DNA of 64,000 nucleotides from Deferribacterales bacterium (lineage in GTDB: Bacteria; Chrysiogenota; Deferribacteres; Deferribacterales; Geovibrionaceae), in assembly GCA_050251945.1 (NCBI GenBank), contig JBFWLW010000008.1, forward strand, positions 32,001-96,000, written 5' to 3'. The position numbers were made by a program, and so were the translations under genes. This document shows, piece by piece, positions 21,331 through 31,190 of this stretch (its first letter is position 1; each line of letters starts with the position of its first letter). Below the pieces are notes generated by a model. That model was not told the DNA's origin, did no database searches, and saw only the letters and a program-made list of their open reading frames with translations.

Positions 21331-22482
21331 ATGACTACATTCGACAATTTTAACTATTACAACCCCACGAGGATAGTTTTCGGTAAGGATACCATCGGTT
21401 CGCTGGCAACTCTTATACCCAAAGACAAAAGAGTTCTTTTCATATACGGCGGCGGCTCAATCAAAACCAACGGGGTCTACGCGCAGGTGGCGGATGCCCT
21501 GAAAGAATATACCGTTTTTGAGTTTTCAGGCGTTGAGGCAAACCCTCACTATGAAACACTGAACAAAGCCGTTCAGCTTGTGCGTGAGAACAATATAGAC
21601 TTCATTCTTGCCGTTGGCGGCGGCTCTGTTATAGACGGCGCTAAATACGTTGCGGCGGCGGCGCTTTATGAAAGCGAAGGATGGGACATACTGGAATGGA
21701 AACATATTGTAACTGAAGCACTGCCTATCGGTGCCGTGCTGACGCTTCCGGCAACAGGTTCCGAATCCAACGGCGGTTCTGTCATAACAAAAGCTGAAAC
21801 TCATGAAAAACGTTTCTTCAAGTCCGAAGCGGTATACCCTGTGTTCGCCGTTATGGACTATACCGTCATGACAACACTGAGCGACAGACAGCTTGCAAAC
21901 GGCATGGTGGACACTTTTGTCCACACCACGGAGCAATACCTCACTTGCCCCGTCGACGGCATGGTGCAGGACGGATATGCGGAAGTGCTGCTTCGCAACG
22001 TTGCGGCGCTGGCGAAGGACTGGGGCAACAGACGCACGGAAAGCTGGCAGAAGAACCTTATGTGGACTTCAAATCAGGCACTCAACGGACTCATCGGTCT
22101 CGGCGTTCCGCAGGACTGGGCAACCCACATGATAGGACACGAACTCACCGCCATCTACGGGCTTGACCACGGACAGACACTGGCAATAATCCTTCCCGCG
22201 GTTCTGCGCCAGATGAGACTGCAAAAATCGAAAAAACTTCTGAAAATGGGCAGAAACGTGTTCGGGCTGGAAGGCGCCGCACTCTCTGAAGAACACACTA
22301 TTGATAAAATAGAGGAACTTTTCCGCAGTATCGACGTTAAGCTGACGCTGAGCGAATACGGCATAAAAGCGGATGTCGAGGCTGTTGTGAACGCACTGAA
22401 GAGCCACGGCATGACAGCGCTTGGCGAAACGGGAGCCATCACCCCCGATATTTCGGCATGCATACTGCAAAGAGCGCTTTAA
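21331..22482 (+). CDS. Iron-containing NAD(P)H-dependent alcohol dehydrogenase (YqhD/BdhA-like)
   Basis: GGGSIK, AVGGGSVIDG, TLPATGSESN, DWATHMIGHE. Confidence 0.93.
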   Translation: MTTFDNFNYYNPTRIVFGKDTIGSLATLIPKDKRVLFIYGGGSIKTNGVYAQVADALKEYTVFEFSGVEANPHYETLNKAVQLVRENNIDFILAVGGGSVIDGAKYVAAAALYESEGWDILEWKHIVTEALPIGAVLTLPATGSESNGGSVITKAETHEKRFFKSEAVYPVFAVMDYTVMTTLSDRQLANGMVDTFVHTTEQYLTCPVDGMVQDGYAEVLLRNVAALAKDWGNRRTESWQKNLMWTSNQALNGLIGLGVPQDWATHMIGHELTAIYGLDHGQTLAIILPAVLRQMRLQKSKKLLKMGRNVFGLEGAALSEEHTIDKIEELFRSIDVKLTLSEYGIKADVEAVVNALKSHGMTALGETGAITPDISACILQRAL

Positions 22483-22492
22483 AAACCAATAT

Positions 22493-22567
22493 AGACTGCT
22501 TCGTCGCAAAACTCCTCGCAGAGACAGCTATACGTCTTCGCGAGGAGCGCCAGCGACGCGGCGATCT
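22493..22567. repeat. Paired REP-like palindromic element, copy B
   Basis: agactgc...gcagagac / gtcttcgcg...gcgatct just after the ADH stop codon. Confidence 0.85.
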
Positions 22568-22618
22568 GACTTATTCTTTTCGCTTTACTGATCATACTTC
22601 AATCTGTATTATACCCCC

Positions 22619-22846
22619 ATGAACAACAACGATATACTCCGCCGCATACGCTACGCGATGAACCTTAACGACAACAAAATCCTGAAAATACTGGACATGG
22701 GCGGAAGTCCCATGAAACGTGAGGATATCCCCGCGCTTATGTCAAAAGAAGAAGACGAGAACTATCAGGAAACGTCCGACGAACTTCTGAACGCCTTTCT
22801 TGACGGCTTCATCACATTCAAAAGGGGCGCCAAAGATGATAAATAA
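22619..22846 (+). CDS. DUF1456 (YehS-like) protein, first copy
   Basis: MNNNDILRRIRYA...FLDGFITFKRG matches the YehS repeat pattern. Confidence 0.8.
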   Translation: MNNNDILRRIRYAMNLNDNKILKILDMGGSPMKREDIPALMSKEEDENYQETSDELLNAFLDGFITFKRGAKDDK

Positions 22847-23048
22847 CGATATAGTTAAAAAACTGCGCGTTGCGCTTGAGCTTAAAGACACCGACATCAT
22901 AGAAATATTTGAAATGGGCGGAGCGAAAGTTACAAAATCAGAAGTATCCGCATACTTCCGCAGACCCGACCACCGCAATTTTCAGTCTCTGGGTGATCAG
23001 CATATGCGGAAATTTCTCAACGGTCTCACAAAAAAATATCGCGAGTAA
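22836..23048 (+). CDS. DUF1456 (YehS-like) protein, second copy
   Basis: MINNDIVKKLRVAL...SEVSAYFRRPDHRNF...FLNGL; ATG at 22836 overlaps the upstream gene by 11 nt. Confidence 0.8.
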   Translation: MINNDIVKKLRVALELKDTDIIEIFEMGGAKVTKSEVSAYFRRPDHRNFQSLGDQHMRKFLNGLTKKYRE

Positions 23049-23286
23049 AACTGCTTTCCGGAAAATAATCAAACAACGTTTTGCATGACTATCAAAAAAA
23101 ACCTTTTTCAAGCCTACAACTATTTACAAATATCTGTTTTGAGCCATATTAAAAAATAGCATATTCTATATTCATAAATTAAAACACTATTAGGCGGAAC
23201 ACACCTGCGCAGCGTTCATAAACATCTTGCATTTAAAGAAAAATTGCATGAAATTAGCTCTTTCCGACTAACAGACGAGGTAAGCA

Positions 23287-24141
23287 ATGAGCAAAGTATT
23301 AAAGAAAACTCAGCTTTCGCGCGACGTATTTCAGCTTGTGCTTGAAGCACCTGAAATAGCGAGAGAGAGACGTGCCGGACAGTTCGTCATTTTGCAGGCG
23401 GACAGTGATTACAGCGAGAGGATTCCCCTCACCATTGCCGACGCCGACGAAACGGCCGGCAGCATTACCGTTATCTTTCAGGTTGTGGGCAAATCCACAC
23501 TGAAACTGGCGCAGCTTAATGCGGGAGATGTTGTGGAGAATGTTCTGGGACCTTTGGGGATGCCCACACACATTGAAAAATTCGGCACGGTTGTATGTGT
23601 CGGCGGCGGTATCGGCGTCGCACCGATGCACCCCATCGCACAGGCGATGAAAAAGGCGGGAAACAAAGTCATCATCATCATGGGAGCAAGGACAAAAGGA
23701 CTTCTCATCCTTGAGGACGAGATGCGAGCCATAGCGGACGAGTTCATAGTCTGCACAGACGACGGTTCATACGGACGCAAGGATCTTGTCACAGCACCCC
23801 TGAAAGAGATATGCGAAAAGGGCGGCGTTGACCTTGCGGTTGCCATAGGTCCCGCGATAATGATGAAATTCTGTGCGGAAACCACACGCCCGTTCGGAGT
23901 GAAAACTTTCGCATCGCTTAACACCATAATGGTGGACGGCACAGGAATGTGCGGCGGATGCCGTGTCACCGTGGGCGGCAAAACAAAGTTCGTCTGTGTT
24001 GACGGACCCGAATTTGACGCGCACGAGGTGGATTTTGACAACATGATGCTCCGCCAGCGCTCATATAAGCCGCAGGAACAGGATGCAAACCATAAATGCC
24101 GTCTTCAGGAGGCGGTGGAACAACTTCAGGAGCAGAAATAA
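23287..24141 (+). CDS. Ferredoxin:NADP oxidoreductase small subunit (NfnA/SudB-like, FAD and 2Fe-2S)
   Basis: GQFVIL, ERIPLTIAD, GGGIGVAP, MVDGTGMCGGCRV, CVDGPEFD. Confidence 0.9.
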   Translation: MSKVLKKTQLSRDVFQLVLEAPEIARERRAGQFVILQADSDYSERIPLTIADADETAGSITVIFQVVGKSTLKLAQLNAGDVVENVLGPLGMPTHIEKFGTVVCVGGGIGVAPMHPIAQAMKKAGNKVIIIMGARTKGLLILEDEMRAIADEFIVCTDDGSYGRKDLVTAPLKEICEKGGVDLAVAIGPAIMMKFCAETTRPFGVKTFASLNTIMVDGTGMCGGCRVTVGGKTKFVCVDGPEFDAHEVDFDNMMLRQRSYKPQEQDANHKCRLQEAVEQLQEQK

Positions 24142-25625
24142 TGTCATACATACCCGCAGAAGAACTGCGCAAAGAGGCGCAGGAACTCGTTAATAAGATA
24201 GATTTCTCTGCGCTGAAACCAAAAGACAGGCTTGCCATCCCTATGCAGGAGATGCCCGCACAGGAACCGGAAGTCCGCGCGAAGAATATTCAGGAAGTAT
24301 CCATAGGCTACTTTGAGGAACAGGTCAAACTTGAGGCGGAAAGATGCCTCCAGTGCAAAAACGCGCCCTGCATAAAGGGATGTCCGGTGGCAATTGATAT
24401 CCCCGGTTTCATCAAAGCGGCGGCAGAAGGCGATTATCAGAAGTCAGTGAATATAATCAAAAAGAACAGTATGCTTCCGGCAATATGCGGACGTGTCTGC
24501 CCTCAGGAGACACAGTGCATGGCGGAATGTACCGTGGGCAAATCGCTTAAAGATATGGATAAATCAGTGGCAATCGGACGCATCGAGCGTTTCGTTGCAG
24601 ACTGGGAACGCGAACAGGGCAGGATGTCTCTGCCTGAGATAGCACCCGCCACGGGCAAAAAAGTAGCTGTCATAGGTTCAGGTCCCGCAGGGCTCACGGC
24701 GGCGGCGGACGTGCGCAAGGCAGGACACGAGGTCGTGCTTTTCGAGGCGTTCCACAAGCTCGGCGGCGTTATGATCTACGGTATTCCGGAGTTCCGTCTC
24801 CCGAAGATCATCCTAGACAAAGAAATAGAAAACCTCCTTTCAATGGGAGTGACCATTAAAAAGAACTTTCTTGTGGGACGTACCAGAAAGCTTTCCGACC
24901 TGCTTGAAAAAGACGGATTTGACGCTGTGTTCGTCGGAACAGGCGCAGGGCTTCCCAACTTTATGAACATCGAGGGCGAAGGGCTGGTGGGCGTTTCATC
25001 TGCAAACGAATTCCTCACCCGCGCAAACCTCATGAAAGCCTATACACCAGACAAGGCGGACACTCCTATATTTACAGGTAAAAAGACTGCTGTGGTGGGC
25101 GGCGGGAACGTTGCCATGGACGCGGCGCGTATGGCTCTGCGTGTTGGCGCGGAAGAGGTTTACGTTATCTACCGCAGAACGGAAAAAGAGATGCCCGCAA
25201 GGCGCGAGGAGATAGCCCACGCCAAAGAGGAAGGCATAACTTTCCTTTTCCTCACAAATCCGAAACGCATCATAGGCGACAAGGACGGAAAAGTTACGGG
25301 TATCGAATGTCTGAAATACGAGCTGGGCGAACCGGACGATTCAGGCAGGCGCAAACCTGTAGAGATAAAAGGCAGTGAGTTCGTTCTTGATATGGACAGC
25401 GTTATCATGGCGCTGGGCAACTCATCCAACCCGCTCATAAGCCAGACAACGCCTGAGATAAACGTCAACAAATGGGGCAATATCCTTGCAAACGACGACC
25501 AGAAAACTTCAATGGAAAGGGTTTATGCCGGAGGAGACATAGTTCTCGGCGCGGCGACGGTGATTCTTGCCATGGGCGAGGGGCGCAAGGCGGCAGAATC
25601 CATAAACAAACTTTTAGCTGAATAG
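24141..25625 (+). CDS. NfnB/SudA-like large subunit (GltD-homologous NADPH oxidoreductase)
   Basis: RCLQCKNAPCIKGCPV, CGRVCPQETQC, two Rossmann motifs; start MSYIP at 24141 via TAATG coupling. Confidence 0.9.
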   Translation: MSYIPAEELRKEAQELVNKIDFSALKPKDRLAIPMQEMPAQEPEVRAKNIQEVSIGYFEEQVKLEAERCLQCKNAPCIKGCPVAIDIPGFIKAAAEGDYQKSVNIIKKNSMLPAICGRVCPQETQCMAECTVGKSLKDMDKSVAIGRIERFVADWEREQGRMSLPEIAPATGKKVAVIGSGPAGLTAAADVRKAGHEVVLFEAFHKLGGVMIYGIPEFRLPKIILDKEIENLLSMGVTIKKNFLVGRTRKLSDLLEKDGFDAVFVGTGAGLPNFMNIEGEGLVGVSSANEFLTRANLMKAYTPDKADTPIFTGKKTAVVGGGNVAMDAARMALRVGAEEVYVIYRRTEKEMPARREEIAHAKEEGITFLFLTNPKRIIGDKDGKVTGIECLKYELGEPDDSGRRKPVEIKGSEFVLDMDSVIMALGNSSNPLISQTTPEINVNKWGNILANDDQKTSMERVYAGGDIVLGAATVILAMGEGRKAAESINKLLAE

Positions 25626-25638
25626 CAAAAAATATATG

Positions 25639-25705
25639 ATGAGATTGCTTCGCCTGCGGCTCGCAAAGACGTCTCTGCGAGGACGCAAGGACGAAGCAGT
25701 CTCAT
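25639..25705. repeat. Paired REP-like palindromic element, copy C
   Basis: atgagattgcttcg...caaagac gtctctgcg...cgaagcagtctcat between convergent genes; no spacer between the arms. Confidence 0.85.
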
Positions 25706-25709
25706 TGTT

Positions 25710-26870
25710 TTATGCTTTATGCAGTGTCAGAAGGGTTATCTCCGAAGGAACTCCGGCGCGCATGGGCGGTCCCCAGTATCCAGTTCCGGTGTTCACATAC
25801 ACCCACATATCTTTATGTCGGTTAAGTCCCTTATAATACTTCTGAAAAAATGGGATCAGCAGGCTGAACGGAAAATACTGCCCCGCATGGGTATGCCCGG
25901 AAAGCTGTAAGTCCACACCCGCTTTATAAGCCTCTTCATAGCTGTTGGGCTGGTGGGCAAGCAGTATCTTGGTCATGCTTTCAGGCACTCCGTCGAAAGC
26001 TTTTTTCGGGCTTGATGCATGCAGTGCGCCGTAATTCCTTGTTGAATAATCGCTCACCCCGCCAAGCGCTATCTCGGCACCGCCGACGTTTAGCTTTTCA
26101 TGTTTGTTTATCAGCGGTTTCGCGCCCATCTTCTCAAATTCCTCAACCCAGCCGACGGCATCCCAGTAATATTCGTGGTTGCCTGTGACATAGTAAACGC
26201 CGTATTTCGATTTAAGTTCGGCTATGGGAGCTATGTCGTTTTTGAGGTCTTTGACATGTCCGTCCGTAAAATCTCCGGTCAGAGCCACTATGTCGGCATC
26301 CAGCAAGTTCACACGGTTGACCACAGTCTGCGCGAACCTGCGCCCTATGGTGGGTCCGACGTGCAGATCCGAAATCTGCGCTATGCGGAACCCCTCGAAC
26401 TGCTCCGGAAGGTCTTTGATAGGCACCTTCACCTCTTTAACGTTCGGTTCAGCGTGCGCCTGCCCTATTCCAAGCACCGTGGAGCCGACGGTCAGCACGC
26501 CCAGCGTGAGAAGTACGCGCCGCTCCATATCCACAGCATCCGTAGGCGGTGCTATGAAACGCCACACCATAGCACCGACATCAGTTATAATGCCGTATGC
26601 CGCCAGAAGCGTAACCATGCCGAAAACAGTGTATGAAACCCAGTTTACGGCTATGAACAGCCATGCCATACCCAGCTCGCTCTTAAGACGCGGCAGAAAC
26701 ATTCTGTCGCCAAGAGGTGCGAGCAGTTCCAGCATAAATATCAGCACTACAACCGACCATGCAACCGCATAATGCTCTTTTGCCCATTGCCATCTGGTTA
26801 TTATTCTTGAAAACGCGTAAACGTTCATTATTGCAAAAATACTGATGAATATAATAAATCTAAGATTCAT
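25710..26870 (-). CDS. Membrane-anchored metallophosphoesterase (YkuE/YaeI-like)
   Basis: N-terminal TMs, SDLHVG, LTGDF, GNHEYY, LAHQP, SGHTHAGQ. Confidence 0.92.
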   Translation of the reverse strand: MNLRFIIFISIFAIMNVYAFSRIITRWQWAKEHYAVAWSVVVLIFMLELLAPLGDRMFLPRLKSELGMAWLFIAVNWVSYTVFGMVTLLAAYGIITDVGAMVWRFIAPPTDAVDMERRVLLTLGVLTVGSTVLGIGQAHAEPNVKEVKVPIKDLPEQFEGFRIAQISDLHVGPTIGRRFAQTVVNRVNLLDADIVALTGDFTDGHVKDLKNDIAPIAELKSKYGVYYVTGNHEYYWDAVGWVEEFEKMGAKPLINKHEKLNVGGAEIALGGVSDYSTRNYGALHASSPKKAFDGVPESMTKILLAHQPNSYEEAYKAGVDLQLSGHTHAGQYFPFSLLIPFFQKYYKGLNRHKDMWVYVNTGTGYWGPPMRAGVPSEITLLTLHKA

Positions 26871-26959
26871 CTCTCCCTCTCGTTAATCAATCGTTTATTT
26901 AAACCTGTGTCGTTTCTGTTCTTATTGCAAGAACATATTTAAGTTGTATACAATAACAG

Positions 26960-27163
26960 ATGGGAAACGTTAAAGTTCATGTAATAACAGAAAAATGCAA
27001 AGGCTGCGGCGCATGTGTCACCCACTGCCCCACAGGTGCAATTCTGCTTTACACTGACAAAACGAACAGAAAAGTTATAGTCATCAGAACAGAAACGTGC
27101 ACCGGATGCGGAGAATGCATACCGTTCTGCCGATACGGCGCGCTTATTTTTAAGGGGGAATAA
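26960..27163 (+). CDS. 2x[4Fe-4S] ferredoxin
   Basis: CKGCGACVTHCP and CTGCGECIPFC. Confidence 0.9.
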   Translation: MGNVKVHVITEKCKGCGACVTHCPTGAILLYTDKTNRKVIVIRTETCTGCGECIPFCRYGALIFKGE

Positions 27164-27922
27164 ATGGAACATCTCGGACACGGCGAACAGAAAGAATTCT
27201 GGAACAAAAAGGCGCAGGAGTTTCCCAGATACGAAAACAGAGAGGGAAACTATGAGCTTGGCATCCTTGACCGCATACGGAAAATGGGTGTGGATTTCAA
27301 AGGCAAAACAGTCATCGACGCAGGATGCGGAACGGGCATGTATTCTCTGCACATAGCGCAGGAGGCGAAATCCGTTCTCGGAGTTGACATCTCCGACGAT
27401 ATGCTTCGGTTTCTGAACGAGGATGCCGCCGCAAACGGCATTAAAAACATTACAACAGTGCGTTCTGACTGGAACGAATATAAACCGGACAAAACGTTCG
27501 ATATCGCATTCTGCACCATGTCTCCTGCACTTCGCGCAAGTGAGGCGAGGAAAAAACTTAACGACTGTGCTACAGAGTGTGTCGTTTACATGGGGTTTGA
27601 CGGACTGCGTTCCTCCGACGTGCTTGAACACCTCTGCCCTATCTTCGGCATAACCCCTAAAAACTTCTGCGACGCACACAAAATGCGCGCATGGCTTGAG
27701 GAGAACGGCATAGCGTACAAATGTGAAAACGTTGAAGGAGAGTGGAAGCACACAAAATCTCTGGAAGACCTCACCGAAAGCTCAATGAACATGCTCATGG
27801 CATACGACGTACCCATTGACAGGGAAAAGGTTAAAGCAAATCTCGAAAAATTCGGAAACGCTGACGGAACTTACACCGAAACGGTAAGATACAGAAGCGT
27901 GATAATAGTTTGGAATAAATGA
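27164..27922 (+). CDS. Class I SAM-dependent methyltransferase
   Basis: VIDAGCGTG motif I, GVDISDDML. Confidence 0.88.
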   Translation: MEHLGHGEQKEFWNKKAQEFPRYENREGNYELGILDRIRKMGVDFKGKTVIDAGCGTGMYSLHIAQEAKSVLGVDISDDMLRFLNEDAAANGIKNITTVRSDWNEYKPDKTFDIAFCTMSPALRASEARKKLNDCATECVVYMGFDGLRSSDVLEHLCPIFGITPKNFCDAHKMRAWLEENGIAYKCENVEGEWKHTKSLEDLTESSMNMLMAYDVPIDREKVKANLEKFGNADGTYTETVRYRSVIIVWNK

Positions 27923-28165
27923 TCATCCCACTTTAAACAGTTTGGCGACGCACTGCTCCACGTCCCTTGTACTGGAAAAAAGATTCCCGCAGCCGACGTC
28001 GCCGAACGGTTCGTAATTTTCCAGATGATCTATCAGTTCGCGGATAAGTTCCGGATCGGAATTTTTCCCTTCACAGATGAACCTGATGCTGGCAAACAGC
28101 GTGTCAGGAAGATCCTGTTCGTTTGAAGCCTTAAGAGCCGCCTGAAAAAGTTTTTCATATATCAT
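27923..28165 (-). CDS. Small hypothetical protein
   Basis: 80-aa ORF with GAGGTG SD, fills the gap; no family recognised. Confidence 0.65.
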   Translation of the reverse strand: MIYEKLFQAALKASNEQDLPDTLFASIRFICEGKNSDPELIRELIDHLENYEPFGDVGCGNLFSSTRDVEQCVAKLFKVG

Positions 28166-28244
28166 TTCAGCACCTCGTCTGCACTTTTGTTTATAACATT
28201 ACGAAGCAGTGCCGCGCAATGCCAAAAAAACCACTTGAGAATTA

Positions 28245-28257
28245 TACCTGACAGGTA
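28245..28257. promoter_or_regulatory. Palindromic operator-like site in the OYE-MFS promoter
   Basis: TACCTG-A-CAGGTA just downstream of TTGAGA (-35-like, 28235-28240). Confidence 0.5.
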
Positions 28258-28295
28258 CTATTGTTAGTATATTATTTTATTATTGGAGGATGCTT

Positions 28296-29348
28296 ATGTC
28301 AGAATTATTTAAACCAGTCTCGCTGAACGGCGTCACTCTCCGCAACCGCGTGGTTATCCCGCCCATGTGTCAATACAGCGCAAATGAAGGACTCCCTAAC
28401 GACTGGCACCTTGTCCATTACGGATCAATGGCAGCGGGGGGAGCAGGCGCAGTCATTATAGAAGCTACCGCAATCACTCCTGAAGGGCGCATAAGCCCCT
28501 ACGACCTTGGTCTGTGGAACGATACACAGGCGGACAGGTTCGCGCGCATCTTTTCCTTTATCGAGTCACAGGGCGCAATTCCCGCCGTTCAGATAGCTCA
28601 TGCGGGCAGAAAAGCCTGCACCGACAAACCATGGCTCGGCGGCAAGCCCCTTAAAGACTGGACAAACCTTTTTGCACCCAGCGCCATACCTTTCGACGAA
28701 AACTCGCAGACGCCCGCGGCTCTGACCGTTTCGCATATACACGAACTCACTGAAAAATTTGCCGAATCAGCAATTCGCGCCGTCCGTGCCGGAGCGCAGA
28801 TAGTTGAACTGCACGCCGCCCACGGCTATCTCCTGAGCGAGTTCATCTCACCCGTCTCCAATAAACGCGAGGACAAATACGGCGGCAATCTTGAAAACAG
28901 GGCGCGCTTCCTTATAGAGACTGTTAAAGCGGTGCAGTCTGCCATTGGTGCCAGCGTACCTATATCCGTTCGCATAAGCGCCACGGACTGGCTTCCCGAC
29001 GGACAGCAGCCGGAAGATTCCGTTAAACTTGTTAATATGCTGAAACCTATGGGCGTGGCTCTGATAAACGTTTCCACGGCAGGTGTGGCACCGGCAAAAA
29101 TCCCAGCAGGACCCGGATTTCAGGTGCCTTTCGCAGAAAAAATAAAAAAAGAGACCGGAATGACCACTTCGGCGGTCGGACTCATCACCGAACCACAGCA
29201 AGCCGAAAACATCATTGCCGAAGGTAAAGCCGACATAGTTATGATAGGCAGAGGACATCTGCAAAACCATCAGTGGGCTATACACGCCGCAAGAGCGCTT
29301 GGAGCGGAAGCACCCATTCCGCCGCAATACCTGCGAAGTTATAGATGA
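28296..29348 (+). CDS. NADH:flavin oxidoreductase (Old Yellow Enzyme, NamA/YqjM-like)
   Basis: PPMCQYSA, QIAHAGRKA, HAAHGYLL, RISATDW. Confidence 0.93.
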   Translation: MSELFKPVSLNGVTLRNRVVIPPMCQYSANEGLPNDWHLVHYGSMAAGGAGAVIIEATAITPEGRISPYDLGLWNDTQADRFARIFSFIESQGAIPAVQIAHAGRKACTDKPWLGGKPLKDWTNLFAPSAIPFDENSQTPAALTVSHIHELTEKFAESAIRAVRAGAQIVELHAAHGYLLSEFISPVSNKREDKYGGNLENRARFLIETVKAVQSAIGASVPISVRISATDWLPDGQQPEDSVKLVNMLKPMGVALINVSTAGVAPAKIPAGPGFQVPFAEKIKKETGMTTSAVGLITEPQQAENIIAEGKADIVMIGRGHLQNHQWAIHAARALGAEAPIPPQYLRSYR

Positions 29349-30499
29349 AACAGAGCAGAGAATTTCTTATCCTGCTGTTCGCAACGGTGATGACCATCTC
29401 GTCACTGTATGCCCCGCAGCCCGTTCAACCGATTATCGCGGAGGAATTCAGTCTGACCATGTCGCAGGCGTCACTTCTGACCACAGCCACAATGGTTCCC
29501 CTTGCAGTCGCACCCGTATTTTACGGCTACATACTGGAATCAGTGTCCGCCGGACGCGTTCTGCTGTTTTCGCTGGCGTTTCTGTCAGTCTGCCAGTTCA
29601 TGTTCTTTTTCTCAAACACGTTCTATCTGCTGGTGGCTGTCCGCTTTTTGCAGGGATGCGCAATCCCCGCGGTTCTGACAGGCATCATGACCTATATTGC
29701 CGACACTTCTGAAAAAAGCAATATTCAGAAAAACATGGCGCTTTACATATCCGCAACCATTTTCGGAGGCTTTGCCGGACGTTTCTTCTCCGGCATGATA
29801 GCGCACTACGCCGGATGGCGCGTTATGTTCCTGATTTTGGGCATAAGTCTCGCTTTTGCAGTTTATCTAATCAGAACTCTGCCGGAAAACAAAACCACAC
29901 TGGCAAAAATGAACCCCAGAGCTGCTGCGGATATATTATCACAACGTCTCTTCACGATGATTTATATAATGATTTTCTTCATGTTCTTCATGTTCGCCGC
30001 TGTACTCAATTTCGTGCCTTTCCGTCTGCGCCAGATCGACCCGAACTCAGGTGAACTGGTTATCGGCATCATGTACACAGGCTATATAATGGGCATTATA
30101 ATGTCGGTTAACGTCATGAAGATAATCAAATATCTCGGTTCGGAACTGCGTACCGTTTTTGCGGGGCTGACAAGCTTCGTGCTTTCGCTGGTACTGTTCG
30201 TGTCCGGCGACACGCGGCTAATGTTCCTCGGAATGTTCGTCTTCTGCGCGAGCATGTTTCTGGCACACACTGCCGCGGCTGGCTATGTGAACAAGATAGC
30301 GGACAAACACAAAGGTGTGACCAACGGGCTTTATGTTGCGTTTTACTATGCAGGCGGTGCACTGGGCTCAGTTCTGCCCGGGCTTATCTATGAAGATTTC
30401 GGCTGGCGCAGTTTTATCCTGCTTCTGGGTGTGCTTATGACATCAGCAATACTTATGGGGCGATTTGTTCTCAGGGGTTATATGATAAAACACACATAA
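29345..30499 (+). CDS. MFS transporter (YnfM-like)
   Basis: About 12 TM segments, LYAPQP, GLYVAFYYAGGALG. Confidence 0.88.
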   Translation: MKQSREFLILLFATVMTISSLYAPQPVQPIIAEEFSLTMSQASLLTTATMVPLAVAPVFYGYILESVSAGRVLLFSLAFLSVCQFMFFFSNTFYLLVAVRFLQGCAIPAVLTGIMTYIADTSEKSNIQKNMALYISATIFGGFAGRFFSGMIAHYAGWRVMFLILGISLAFAVYLIRTLPENKTTLAKMNPRAAADILSQRLFTMIYIMIFFMFFMFAAVLNFVPFRLRQIDPNSGELVIGIMYTGYIMGIIMSVNVMKIIKYLGSELRTVFAGLTSFVLSLVLFVSGDTRLMFLGMFVFCASMFLAHTAAAGYVNKIADKHKGVTNGLYVAFYYAGGALGSVLPGLIYEDFGWRSFILLLGVLMTSAILMGRFVLRGYMIKHT

Positions 30500-30511
30500 T
30501 ACGCCTTGAAT

Positions 30512-30531
30512 TTACACAGCATAATGTGTAA
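30512..30531. promoter_or_regulatory. Putative autoregulatory operator of vapBC
   Basis: Perfect inverted repeat TTACACA-N6-TGTGTAA between TTGAAT (30506) and TAACTT (30529), spaced 17 bp. Confidence 0.65.
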
Positions 30532-30551
30532 CTTAGTTTATGGAGGCTGTT

Positions 30552-30752
30552 ATGGCTACAAATCTTGCGATAGACGACGAACTCCTTAAAGAAGCACAGC
30601 AGATAAGCGGTTTAAAAACTAAAAAGGATACTGTTAATACTGCGCTGAAAGAGTTCATAACTAAAAGAAAACAGGAAGAGATCATTGATCTTTTCGGAAC
30701 AGTGGATTACGACGACGATTATGATTACAAAAAGCTGAGAAATCGCGGATGA
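30552..30752 (+). CDS. vapB: Type II antitoxin, VapB family
   Basis: MATNLAIDDELLKEA...TKKDTVNTALKEF; 4-nt overlap with the PIN gene; GGAGG SD. Confidence 0.88.
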   Translation: MATNLAIDDELLKEAQQISGLKTKKDTVNTALKEFITKRKQEEIIDLFGTVDYDDDYDYKKLRNRG

Positions 30753-31150
30753 AAGTTCTGATAGATACTTCCGTCTGGTCACTCGCCCTGCGCAAACACG
30801 CAAATACGGAAAGTGATATTAAAACCGTATCCCGTCTCACCGATCTGGTCAGGGATTCCCGTGCCGCAATCATCGGAGCGGTACGTCAGGAGCTTCTCTC
30901 CGGTATATCTTCAGGTGGAAAATTTAAACTTTTAAAAGAAAAGATGCGTGCCTTTGAAGACCTTTCCATAAACACTGATATCTATGAACTCGCCGCTGAA
31001 TTTTCCAATAAATGCCGAACAGGCGGTATTCAGGGTTCACACACCGACTTTCTGATATGTGCTGTTGCCGCACATTACGACATTCCGGTCTTCACACTGG
31101 ACAAAGATTTTGAAAACTACAAAAGCTGCATAGATTTGAAATTGTATTGA
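30749..31150 (+). CDS. vapC: PIN-domain ribonuclease toxin, VapC family
   Basis: VLIDTSVW, QELLSG, DFLICA, TLDKDF acidic PIN residues. Confidence 0.9.
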   Translation: MKVLIDTSVWSLALRKHANTESDIKTVSRLTDLVRDSRAAIIGAVRQELLSGISSGGKFKLLKEKMRAFEDLSINTDIYELAAEFSNKCRTGGIQGSHTDFLICAVAAHYDIPVFTLDKDFENYKSCIDLKLY

Positions 31151-31157
31151 AATGAGA

Positions 31158-31177
31158 CTGCCCCCGAAAGGAGGCAG
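31158..31177. terminator. Hairpin between convergent vapC and ccmD, likely bidirectional terminator
   Basis: CTGCCCCC-GAAA-GGAGGCAG. Confidence 0.6.
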
Positions 31178-31190
31178 CCGTATTAATAAG

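Noticed and set aside
24141..25625. Call as glutamate synthase small subunit gltD
   Set aside because: No gltB nearby, and it is coupled to an NfnA/SudB-type subunit, so an NfnAB/SudAB-like enzyme fits better
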